From: Verrucomicrobiota bacterium
GTDB taxonomy: Bacteria; Verrucomicrobiota; Verrucomicrobiia; Palsa-1439
DNA length: 64,000 bases
NCBI GenBank assembly: GCA_003152315.1
Contig: PLZV01000037.1
Location: 41,679 to 105,678 of the forward strand
Reading direction: 5' to 3'
A program made the translations under genes and the position numbers. Shown here piece by piece: positions 29,200-39,260 of this stretch; positions within the stretch are counted from its first letter, which is position 1, and the number at the start of each line of letters is the position of its first letter. The notes under the pieces are model-generated. The model did not search any database, was not told the origin of the DNA, and worked only from the letters and a program-made list of their open reading frames with translations.

Positions 29200-29585
29200 T
29201 CGACCTTCGTCCGACCTATCGGACATTCAAACGAGCCCCGCAAAGTTGCGGGGCTCGTTCATTTTGGTGGCGTAAACAGGGGCGAGATCGCCCCTTGACT
29301 GGCTCTGTCCCCGTCAGCTCTGCCTCTCTGCCATGGGCAAGGCGCAAATGGCCATCCGCACCGGAAGGGCTGGCACGCTTTGTGGTCGTATTCTTGAAGC
29401 CGGAGGGCCAAATTCCGCGTCAAACCAAGGTACATCAATCAAGGACCAACGCGGCAACGCTTTTTGAGGCGTTTAGTAGTTGACAAGAGATCGGACCATG
29501 TGATAGGGGTAAGTGGTAAAGCGCTTCAACTGATTTGGTAGCGTTGTGTGTAAAACCGGCGAGAGAAATTAGGAGCCCAAGTGTT

Positions 29586-31922
29586 ATGAAATCCACTTTT
29601 GCAATCTTCGTTGCGGCCTTGTTAGCAGTCCCCACCATCACGAAAGCCTTTAATATCGACGGCCTGCTGGACGCCCAATATGGGTCCGCGATTGTCACCC
29701 AACAACTCAATACATCAACCTCCGACAACACCGAGGGACTCATTGGCCAGGCGAACGGCACGGAGTTGGATGCCGCGTATGGCACCATCTCCAACGGCGT
29801 CTTGTATCTGTTTTTGGCGGGAAACCTGGATTCGGACGATGTCGCCGACAACATCACTTTTGACAAGCTCCATATCTTTTTCATGACGGGCCCCGGCGGA
29901 GATCACACACTCGGGACCAATTACAATGGAGCGGCTGATTACGGTCACCTGAACCGCATGGGCGTGGGTGGCAATGGCGACCCGAACGCGGTCGGCACCG
30001 CCGGACTGACGTTCGATACGGGTTTCGCACCGAATTATTGGATCGGCGTGGCCCTCGGCGGTTTCGGTGCGGCTCCGACAAATTACTACAACTACGAAGT
30101 CGTCTGCTCCAACTGCGCCGGCGCATTTCTGGGCCAAACATGCCCCAGCAATGGCCCACCGAATAACGTCTTGCTCGCTGTCTTGAATACTAACACGAGC
30201 ATTCTGGCCGCCATGTCTGACATTAACACCAACGGCGTCACGATCGACCCATCCGGATGCGGCGCAAGCGCTACGAGCCACCCAGAAAGCGTCACGACGG
30301 GCGTTGAATTGGCCATTCCGCTGGCCGCGATTGGCAGTCCGACCGGCCAGGTTTCCATTTGCGCGTTCGTCACGGATGATCAATATGTGACCATCTACAA
30401 TCAGGTTCTTGGCGCCATCACCAGCAACGTCTGCCAGGGCAGTTTTGGCGAGTCCAGCGCGGTGGATTTCAGCACGATTCCGGGCAAGCATTCTTTCACG
30501 TTCTCGGTACCTCCGTGCGCCGCCCTCCTGGTGGCTCCGTTGACCACTTCGTTCGATACGACCGGTGGCGTGGGTAGTGTGTCGGTGGCCGATGTGGGTG
30601 GCTGCTCGTGGACCGCGTCGAGCGGCGCGCCTTGGGTCACGATTACGGGAAGCCCGAGCGGCTCGGGCAATGGCACCTTCAACTATTCCGTCGCCTCTAA
30701 TACGACGGTTGACGCCCGCACTACATTTTTGACGATTGGCGGACTGGTCGCGACATCGACCGTGTTCATTACCGAAAGCGGGAAATTTCTTCCTCCATTC
30801 AGTAACATCATTATCGATGGCATCGCGGACGAGGCTTATGGCTGCCCGGTTGCTGTTCAGCAGATCGCCACGCAATTCGGCAACAACGTCCAGACGAACC
30901 TCCAGAATAATGCCGGTGGGTCCGAGCTTGATGCGGCGTACGGGCTCGTCAAGGACGGGGTGTTGTACCTGGTGTTCGCGGGAAATTTGGAGAACAACTT
31001 TAACCGGCTTGATATGTTCTTCATGACCGGTCCGGGCGGGCTGAACTCGCTCACCAACGTCAACCCGGGTGCTAATGGTGTGGATTTCAATCACCTGAAT
31101 AATCCCATGGGAGCGACGACCAATGGACACGGCCCCGGTCTTACCTTCGATCCCGGCTTTGCGCCGAATTACTTTATGGACGCAAACAATGGCGGGACTC
31201 CGTTCAAGCTCTACGTCGACTACGCCCAATTGTGGCCCGGCGGTACAAACAGCCTTGGTGTCGCAACCAACGGCTACCAGTTGGGTACGACCGGATCGAC
31301 CAATGGCACACTCTCGGGTGGTACAAATCCATTCGGCATTCAAGCCACGATCAACAACAGCAATACGAATGGTGTCGACGGCGGGACCTGCAACACCAAT
31401 GCGGCAGCCCTGCCGGAAGCCCCACTGGCGGCAACCGTCCGCAGCGGTTTTGAATTGGCGATCCCGCTGACTGCGCTCGGCAGTCCGACTGGTGCGATAG
31501 CCATCTGCGCGTTCATCAGCAGCGGGGACGACACGTTCCTGTCGAACCAAATCCTCGGCCCCGTCGGGAGCAATACTCCGACGGTGTTCTGCGAAGGCAA
31601 TTTGGGCGGTGTCACCAACACCGCCGCCATGAACCTCGGCAATTTCCCCGGCCAGCATTTCTTCCTCGTCGGTCCGGAGATGGCCGTTAAGAGCGTGACG
31701 GTTTCCAACAGCAACGCCACCGTCATCTACCAGACGGAAGCCAATACGAACCTGCTGTACCGGGTGGAGCGCGCGTCGGGTAACTACTCGACCAACTTGG
31801 TTTGGACGCCGCTCTCGAGTTTCTTCGCTGGCACTGGCGGGACTCTCACACAAATTGATAACAGTGTGACTTCCAAGACAAACGTGTACTATCGCGTCCG
31901 GCAGACTCCGAACTGCCAGTAA
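29586..31922 (+). CDS. secreted protein with internal ~400-aa tandem duplication and a BACON-like domain
   Basis: Signal peptide. Repeat 1 (IDGLLDAQYG...GTELDAAYGTISNGVLYLFLAGNL...FFMTGPGG) and repeat 2 (IDGIADEAYG...GSELDAAYGLVKDGVLYLVFAGNL...FFMTGPGG). BACON-like stretch VGGCSWTASSGAPWVTITGS. Confidence 0.6.
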   Translation: MKSTFAIFVAALLAVPTITKAFNIDGLLDAQYGSAIVTQQLNTSTSDNTEGLIGQANGTELDAAYGTISNGVLYLFLAGNLDSDDVADNITFDKLHIFFMTGPGGDHTLGTNYNGAADYGHLNRMGVGGNGDPNAVGTAGLTFDTGFAPNYWIGVALGGFGAAPTNYYNYEVVCSNCAGAFLGQTCPSNGPPNNVLLAVLNTNTSILAAMSDINTNGVTIDPSGCGASATSHPESVTTGVELAIPLAAIGSPTGQVSICAFVTDDQYVTIYNQVLGAITSNVCQGSFGESSAVDFSTIPGKHSFTFSVPPCAALLVAPLTTSFDTTGGVGSVSVADVGGCSWTASSGAPWVTITGSPSGSGNGTFNYSVASNTTVDARTTFLTIGGLVATSTVFITESGKFLPPFSNIIIDGIADEAYGCPVAVQQIATQFGNNVQTNLQNNAGGSELDAAYGLVKDGVLYLVFAGNLENNFNRLDMFFMTGPGGLNSLTNVNPGANGVDFNHLNNPMGATTNGHGPGLTFDPGFAPNYFMDANNGGTPFKLYVDYAQLWPGGTNSLGVATNGYQLGTTGSTNGTLSGGTNPFGIQATINNSNTNGVDGGTCNTNAAALPEAPLAATVRSGFELAIPLTALGSPTGAIAICAFISSGDDTFLSNQILGPVGSNTPTVFCEGNLGGVTNTAAMNLGNFPGQHFFLVGPEMAVKSVTVSNSNATVIYQTEANTNLLYRVERASGNYSTNLVWTPLSSFFAGTGGTLTQIDNSVTSKTNVYYRVRQTPNCQ

Positions 31923-32850
31923 GTTCACGCGTTTCGCTAGAGAATGGTCGATTGGATTAGATCGAGCGCCCGGCCGTAAGAATGGGCCGATCGGCTGCGT
32001 TGTTCACAACTCAGTGAACGAGAACTCAGTGAGTTGAGAGCCTGGTAGGTCACGGTTGGGCTGAAAGAGAATCCGCAACGGACGTTCTTGCGGATCACCC
32101 GAGAGATTGAGGGTCGCCGTAACGTAATCGTTGTTCCCACAACTGATCTTGAGCTGTGTCGCGGTATACGGAACGCGGTGATTGAGTTCAACAAGACCCT
32201 TACAACAACAATAATATGCCGATGACCGGAAACCGTAACATTCGTACTCAGTCAGTGAAGAGAAACCAAAACGCCGCCAGTGCGCCGAATGTTATCGGCT
32301 CCTCCAGTACAACCATCAACGCACCGACACGACGACCGATGTCCGCCAAGCACCGGCAGAACTTATCCAAGTCCATGAAAGAATGGGCCAGGAGAAGGAA
32401 AGCGCAAGCGGGTCAGTAGACCCGCTTGGTTGGAACGCCCTGGACTCCGGGCCGCGTTGCAAGGGATCCGGTCTGGCTGCTGCGCCAACAATTCTGGTGG
32501 GCTGAGAAGCCCGAAATTACTGGACTTTCGGGCGCTGCTTTGGTCTAACTCCTCTGTTGGAGAGGTAACGAGGCTGGCGTCTCGAAGCGTTCGCTCCTTC
32601 TACCTTTCCAGAGTCGCAGGGCACACTGATGTTCAACGCATCGCGCGGGTCGCACCGAGCAGCGGTTCAGCAGGATCGTGTTCTACCGTTATTCTCACTT
32701 GTCGGGATCAAATTCACTACCGCAACACCGGGGTTCTGCCAGCCTCCCGCAGGCACCGGGATATGGCGGCGAGATGCCCGGACAGCGCGGCCAGGGACAA
32801 GGTCGCCACATGCTCCGCGTCCCTTACGGAAGCAAGGAGCAACAGAAAGA

Positions 32851-35800
32851 GTGAGGAAACACCTCCTGACAACCTTCCGCATTCTCGGTGTCATGGTCCT
32901 GGTAATTCTCGCTGGCCGACCTGACAGCGCCAACGCGCAAGTGGTGACGACCGTGATTCACCGATTTAGGGGCGACAGTGATGGCGGCTACCCATTCGGG
33001 CAGGTTGTCCGTGACACCTACGGCAATCTTTACGGGACCACCTCGACGGGGGGGGACGAACATTTGTTTCGATGGTGGCTGCAGTTCGGATTTTGGAACG
33101 GTCTTCCAGATCAACTACGCGGGTACATTTGCGACGCTCCACCGCTTCAGCGGGCAGGATGGCCAGAACCCATACACGGGCCTCGTCCAGGGTCAGGACG
33201 GCAATTTCTACGGCATGACCTTCTCGGGCGGGACGAACGGCTCGGGGACGGTGTTCCAGATCACCTCGTCCGGCGCGCTCACGAAGCTGCATGACTTTAC
33301 CGACACCCCGGAAGGGGCCAACCCCCGAGACCGGCTGTACCAGGATGCGGACGGCAACTTCTACGGGACAACCGTGCACGGAGGCACCAACGACCTCGGC
33401 ACCGTCTTTCAAATGACCTCGGCGGGCACGGTTACGACGGTGTATCAATTCAACGGCGTCACTGACGGCTACAGACCCTTTGCGGGACTTGCTCTGGGCA
33501 GCGACGGCAATTTCTACGGGACGACCCAGGAAGGAAGGGGGAGCACAAATTGCAACGGCGGCTGCGGCACCGTGTTTGTCCTCAATCTCAACCCGGGCAT
33601 GATAGCGGTGAGTTCGATTACTGGTTTGGGCTCGAGTGGTGTGGCGTCCGGACCGTTCGCTCCTGCGAGCCAGGTCTACACAGTAACCAATACCGGCACG
33701 TTGAGCCTGAACTGGTCGGCGAGCAATGGCCAGAACTGGGTGAGTCTGAGTGCCACCAACGGATCGTTGCCGGGCAATGAGAGTACGAACGTGACGGTCA
33801 GTATCAACAGCGCAGCCAACACGCTGGACGCGGGCAGTTACAGTGACACAGTGACGTTCAACAACGATACCGACGGCAACGGAACCACCTATCGGACCGT
33901 GAGCCTGATGGTCTTGGGGACACGCATTATATCCATCCAGCGCAGCGGCGACGACATGGTCCTCAACATTTCGACGTTGGCAAACGAGTGGTATTGCGTG
34001 GAGTTCACCGACGATCTGGTTACCGGAACATGGGGCGTGCTGGCCGGCAACGTTCAAGGCACGGGAGACATCATGCAGTTCGTGGATGCCGGGCGCGCGA
34101 TTCTCTCGCAAGGATTCTACCGTCTGCGGCTTGCACCATCGGCAGACGATGCCTGCGGTGGCATTTGTCCGACATTTATTCAACCCCCGCCCGGTTCAGC
34201 GTTCATCAACCCGCTCAAGACCGCATTCACACAGACAGCGACCGGATTGTACGGGAAAATCGTGGTTCCAGTTGCCAATGCCCTCCTGCGTTCAGACATT
34301 CCGATTTACGGCGTGGCCGGCGGCAGGAATTTCCGGAAGTTCCGCGTCGAATACGGTCCGGGACGAAATCCCACGGAGTGGCATCCGCTGGCCTCTTCCA
34401 ACAAGCCACAGATCTCTTGTCCTGAGTTCAAGGACATCTCGTGGATGCAAGGGGACCTGGATTTGCGCGGAAACTTGGCGACCTGGAACACCGGTCTGAA
34501 GAACTGGGAACACCTGCCGTGGCATCCCGCTGACGATCCGACCGATTTCAACGGGGTTTACACCATTCGGCTGGTCGTCGAGGGCGAAGACGGCAAGACT
34601 GTGGAAGACAGGGTCACTTGCGAGGTGGGGCGCGCCATTGCGCAGTGCCTGCCGGGGATCGCAATCAGCCCGGACAAGCGGGCGGTGATGCGATTCCCGG
34701 AACAATCCCTGATGCATCCATTCCGGGTCTATACGATTTTGCCGTTGTCCTCGGTGGGCGAAGAGACTCCCCTTGCGCCGCCTGGAAGCGAGTATCTCGG
34801 GCCTGTTTACCGGATTCGTGAGCCCGGCGACAAGTTCATCAAGGATGTGGCGCTGGAGTTTACGCCAGCGTCCTCCGAGTTGGAAACGAGGCAACTTGAT
34901 CGAATCGGAGTTGGCCAATATGATACTGAGGCCAAGAAATGGGTCTGGCTTAATATGACTCGGACGACGGATGGCGCAAAGTTCCGTACCGTATTGACTG
35001 AATTGCCGACACCCCAAGCGATCTACGCCCTGTTGGTTGATGCCACAGAGTCCCGCTCGATGGTAACCAATGAGGCTGGTGTTGCCGTGGCAGAAATCAA
35101 ACCGGTCAGCGCGAGTGTTTTGGTGGAAAACACGTTCCAACATGACCTGGGAACGTTCAAATCCCGGGACCGCATCGTCGGTGTAAGCTTGTCACGGGCG
35201 AAGCGAAATGACAAAGACATTTCTTTCTGCATCCAACTTCGTAATGATTATTCCGGTGGGAACTCCTCTTGCACAGTTCTTGATCGGTCGTTCGATGTCC
35301 GCCAGTACCCGGTGATGTCGTTCGATTACCGGGTCGGTCCGGATTTCAACACCGACTTCTTCTTGAAAGTGAACGGACGTTGGTACGATCTCCAGTTTAC
35401 CGGTGAGGCGACGGATTATCATGATCGGGACGTAAACATCGGTAACTTGGGCAAAATCGAGGGAGTTGTGACCGATGGTCAGTGGCATTCGGTCACCGTT
35501 GACCTCGAACGGATGTTGCGTCAGAAGACCGGGCATACCCGGATCGAGGAAATCGCGTTGGGTAACTGGAAGGTCGGCGGATACATGAAACTGGAGTTTG
35601 GGCAGAACCCGCAGGGAGCAATGCTTTGGCTCGACAGCTTCAAGATCCACAACCCGCGCCCCGGGACGGAACAGACCGCCGCCCCACCTGTTCTGTGGAT
35701 CGACCGGTTTGACAGCAACCGAGCCCTGAATGACTTGGGGCAGAACTCCGGGGTTTTCTCAAGTTCTGGGCCGAGTCGTTGTGTTGTGAAACGGGTCTCA

Positions 35801-36736
35801 GACGGCAACCCCAACGCACAAGCACTCCAAGTCGATTACGAAGTCCCGGTTCCAGGGGCCTACGGTGGCTATTGGACTCTGTTGGGAGATTTGGATGGCC
35901 ACAACTACCGGGCATTGCGCGCTTGACCTGAAATGCGATGCTGGACGGTTGCCTCCGACTGCGCTCATCAGTTTGGCCGATACTCGCGGAGGGGAGGGGA
36001 AACTCCGCCTCGACAGGTACCTGAGGACGACGAATACTGACGGATGGTTCGCCGTGAATATCCCGCTGGTCGCGTTCGCCGGTTCGGTTGACCTTGAACA
36101 TCTTAAGGCACTCGCGCTGGGCTTCCAGAACTCCGCCGTGCTGAATCGTGGCCGAGTCTATGTGGATAACATCCGGTTGGAAGCCGGAACACCTTCACGC
36201 CTTCTGGTTGATGATTTTGAGGTAAACATCCAACGTGGTGATCACGCGAGGGCTGTAGGCATTCACGAGTTTGAGAATCTCCTGAATCAAAGGACGTACG
36301 AATTCGCCAATGGTGCTGCCGCGATACGCATGGATATTGATCAGAACCGACAAATGGATGACGGTGGCCGATCGCTTATTCTCTCCTACGGGGGAAGCAT
36401 TGGGTTGGACCTGAAAGAAGCTGGCTTTAGTTTTTCCGGATGGCACACGGGACTGGCGGGTATAAACGTGTCACCGTATACGTTAATGAAACTGAGGGTC
36501 AGGGGGAAAAGGGTGGCGAAACTCCACGGGTATATCTGAGTGATGGGACGCGCCGGAAGGGCGTTGCACTGGCAACGTACACCACTGTCGGGACCGACTG
36601 GAAAGAAGTGAAGATTCCCCTCGCGGATTTCGCAGACAAGGGAATAGACCTGACCCATCTCGAAGGTTTGGAAGTCATTTTTGAATGGGCGGCAATGTCT
36701 GGAACGATCTGGCTGGACGACATTGCCTTCGAATAA
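32851..36736 (+). pseudogene. frameshifted gene for a secreted GloVer-repeat (Gloeobacter/Verrucomicrobia repeat) protein with C-terminal CBM-like domains
   Basis: GTG start with an AAGGAG ribosome-binding site, then signal peptide and GloVer repeats (GNLYGTTSTGG / GTVFQI...LHxF). The reading frame breaks at about 33048-33055 (G8 run), about 35905 (one extra C) and about 36470 (one missing T). The frames covered are 32851-33050, 32978-35926, 35865-36539 and 36440-36736. Confidence 0.6.
33048..33055. repeat. poly-G (G8) homopolymer at the first frameshift
   Basis: acctcgacGGGGGGGGacgaac. Seven Gs would restore ...TSTGGTNICFDGGC.... Confidence 0.8.
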
Positions 36737-36780
36737 TCGGGGTCGCAGATCGCCATTGGAATGAAAGGCACTTAGCGTTT

Positions 36781-38361
36781 ATGCACGTAGAACAGAGCCG
36801 GCGGGACCAGGGATGGCTCTATGTCTCAGCAGTCGTCGGCTTGTCCGTCCTGATGACGGCATGGTTGGCGAGCATGATCCGGTGGGGAGAGTCAAATCGC
36901 GTGATTGCCACCATTTGGACCCTGGGTTTTTTCTGCATTGTTCTTAACCTGAGCTACAACTTCGTGATCACGTTGTGTTCGTTCTTTGTCAAACCGAAGT
37001 CGGTGCCGGAAGCCGCATTGTCCGAAGTGCCAGTTACGGCAATTCTCTACGTTGTGAAGAACGAGGAAGCGGGCCTTTTGAAGCTGATGGAGGAAACGTT
37101 TGCAGGCAATTCTGCTGAGAATGTCGATCTTTGGCTGATCTCCAACTCGGACAGTGCTCAACACAGGGAGCAAGAACGACTGATGGTCAGTTCCTTGAAA
37201 AGGCGATTCGGAGAGCAATGTGTTCACTACTATGTTCCCCCGAATAACCCAACCGGCAGAAAGCACCTGGCCCTTCAGAAGTGGAGTATAGATCATCAAG
37301 AATACCGTTACATCATGGTGTGTGATGCGGACACGGTTCTGCATTCGGGTATGCTCCTCAAGCTGATAGCGAAGGCGGAACACCCGCTCAACAAAGATAT
37401 AATGTTGTTCCAGAATCACATGGAGATGAGAAGGTCGGTCACGAGGTTTGCCAGATTCATTGAACCCGGGCAAAACCTGGTTGAAAGGGCCTTCCGGCGG
37501 GTAAATTCACACGTATTTGGACGGTCGCCTTATTATGGCCACAGCGCTTTAATTCGACGCAAAGAGTTCGCAGAACTGGTGGTGCCAGATTACGCACTCA
37601 GCCATGACCTATGGGAAACGGCTGCTATTGACCTTGCCAGGACCAGGGCTGTTCTATGCGAAGATGCGACAAGTGAGGAAATGCTCCCGGTAAATTACCT
37701 GGAGGATCGCGCTCGGACCCGCCGGTGGATTTTGGGCACCTTGGAGGCGACACCGCTTTTGTTCAAGCGTGGATTATCACTGGGAACGCGGTTTTATTTG
37801 TTTCTTCCGCTCTGCATGTATTATGTGCAGCCGGTTTTCCTGTGCTGGATTCTGCTGGGGCTTTTGGCGCACAATTCAATTTCGGGCTCCGCCATTGCTG
37901 TGCAACCCTTGTTCATTGGCGGCGCGACCGGTTTGGACTTGGAAATGGGGGGCATGTGCCTGGCAACGCTTTCCGTTGTCTGGCTCTATCGACTACCGTT
38001 TGCGCGCAGCGTTCCCGAATTCTTCGCCCTGGCCCGTGAAATCCTCTTGGGGACAGGGGTGATCGTCAACAACATCCTTTATGTGAGTTGGTACGTCGTC
38101 GCCAGCCCTTGGTCCCAGAGAGGGTGGAGACCCATGAAGAAGCAGGAGGTGGAAGACATATCGTTCCGTGTCTGCTGGAAGGGCATGTTGCCCAGCACTC
38201 TGATAGGAGGGGCCCTGTTAGCCGTTGGCGTATGCGTCGCTCCGGCGTGGAGTTTGCTTGCCAGCCCGATTCTCGTGAGCTTCTTACTGGGCAGTGTGGC
38301 GGTTTACTGGACCTCCAAGTCTGCGTTGACGCCGCAGGCCATTGTCCCGTTGTCGCCATGA
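36781..38361 (+). CDS. polytopic membrane glycosyltransferase family 2 protein (OpgH/MdoH- or cellulose-synthase-like)
   Basis: N-terminal TM helices. Cytoplasmic GT-A domain with a DxD-like motif (MVCDADTVLH). C-terminal multi-TM region. Confidence 0.55.
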   Translation: MHVEQSRRDQGWLYVSAVVGLSVLMTAWLASMIRWGESNRVIATIWTLGFFCIVLNLSYNFVITLCSFFVKPKSVPEAALSEVPVTAILYVVKNEEAGLLKLMEETFAGNSAENVDLWLISNSDSAQHREQERLMVSSLKRRFGEQCVHYYVPPNNPTGRKHLALQKWSIDHQEYRYIMVCDADTVLHSGMLLKLIAKAEHPLNKDIMLFQNHMEMRRSVTRFARFIEPGQNLVERAFRRVNSHVFGRSPYYGHSALIRRKEFAELVVPDYALSHDLWETAAIDLARTRAVLCEDATSEEMLPVNYLEDRARTRRWILGTLEATPLLFKRGLSLGTRFYLFLPLCMYYVQPVFLCWILLGLLAHNSISGSAIAVQPLFIGGATGLDLEMGGMCLATLSVVWLYRLPFARSVPEFFALAREILLGTGVIVNNILYVSWYVVASPWSQRGWRPMKKQEVEDISFRVCWKGMLPSTLIGGALLAVGVCVAPAWSLLASPILVSFLLGSVAVYWTSKSALTPQAIVPLSP

Positions 38362-38518
38362 CGAAATCGACTGCCGCAGTCGTGAGGACTCAACGGCAAC
38401 GACATGGCACAAAAACCGCATCCACGAATCGGTAAACCAACCGGCAGCTGCGCTCTTCCTCATCTTCCGTCAGCTTGGACGGCCCCGCGACCACCGCGTG
38501 CGGCTGGCCGTAGCTGGT

Positions 38519-38761
38519 TTAAACGCTGTCTAGCGATTGGTAATGCCAAGCAGCGCGGCTCAGTTCCCAATGCTTCTTTGCCACCGCTCCCAGTACCGGT
38601 CGGCGATAATGGGCACGGATGACCTCAACGCTATTGCCCATCAGTTCAGCGACCGTTTTATCTGTTTACCGTGACGCTTGACTAGGGCATAGTACATGCT
38701 CGAAGGATGCAACCGATACAGGCATTCAGCAACTCGGTTTAATGACAGGCCTTGTCTCATG
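38519..38761 (-). pseudogene. truncated, frameshifted C-terminal remnant of a tyrosine recombinase (phage-type integrase)
   Basis: The minus-strand translation reads ...TVAELMGNSVEVIRAHYRRPV..., which is the LGHSS...RYAH(L)-type catalytic-Tyr terminus. Upstream, ...LYRLHPSSMYYALVKRHGKQIK sits in another frame (shift in an AAAA run). There is no N-terminal half, and the remnant lies about 120 bp from tRNA-Leu. Confidence 0.55.
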
Positions 38762-38882
38762 GTGTGGAGAACTCAATATGGCTCCCGTGGGACACTAAAT
38801 TCTACCGGCTTACGAAAAAGGGTTACATCACAAAGTTTGCGCAGTTTTATTTTGCCTCTAAGCTATTAGAAGCGCATCAATT

Positions 38883-38964
38883 GCGGACGTGGCGGAATTG
38901 GCAGACGCGCAGGTCTTAGGAGCCTGTGGAGAAATCCGTGTGGGTTCGAGTCCCTCCGTCCGCA
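38883..38964 (+). tRNA. tRNA-Leu (anticodon TAG)
   Basis: Acceptor stem gcggacg/cgtccgc. Anticodon stem-loop caggt-cTTAGga-gcctg. Long variable arm. T-arm ggttcgagtccc. Confidence 0.85.
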
Positions 38965-39151
38965 CTCTCCTTCGCTTTTCGGGCTACGCGAGTGAGCGGG
39001 AAGTGCCACAATAGAGAAGCGCGTTCGTTGTTTCTCTCAGGAACAGCCTCGAAGATCTTACACAGCGTGCCGCGGAACGCAATTGCCCGGTCGATTTTGG
39101 GTCTTGCAGTCGGTTGGGGATTTGCTATTTTCTCACTTGTCTCCAACGGAA

Positions 39152-39225
39152 GCGAGCGTAGCTCAGTCTGGTAGAGCGTCACGTTGCCAACGTGAATGTC
39201 GAGGGTTCAAATCCCTTCGCTCGCT
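39152..39225 (+). tRNA. tRNA-Gly (anticodon GCC)
   Basis: gcgagcgtagctcagtctggtagagcg D-arm. Anticodon loop ttGCCaa. T-arm gagggttcaaatccctt. Acceptor stem cgctcgc followed by tcca. Confidence 0.85.
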
Positions 39226-39260
39226 CCATTTTCATCTGTTTGTCAGCAAGGGAGGTCAGC

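Noticed and set aside
29715-31928. 737-aa minus-strand ORF antisense to the duplicated secreted protein gene
   Set aside because: Arg/Gly-rich reverse-frame artefact of a GC-rich repetitive gene. The plus-strand product has signal peptide and coherent repeats.
32629-33294. 221-aa ORF annotated separately from the 982-aa ORF
   Set aside because: It is the signal-peptide and first GloVer repeat of the same gene, separated only by the G8 frameshift. Merged into the pseudogene call 32851-36736.
32966-34183. 405-aa minus-strand ORF antisense to the GloVer gene
   Set aside because: Same reasoning. Arg/Ala/Gly-rich composition, no motifs, and the opposite strand encodes recognizable repeats.
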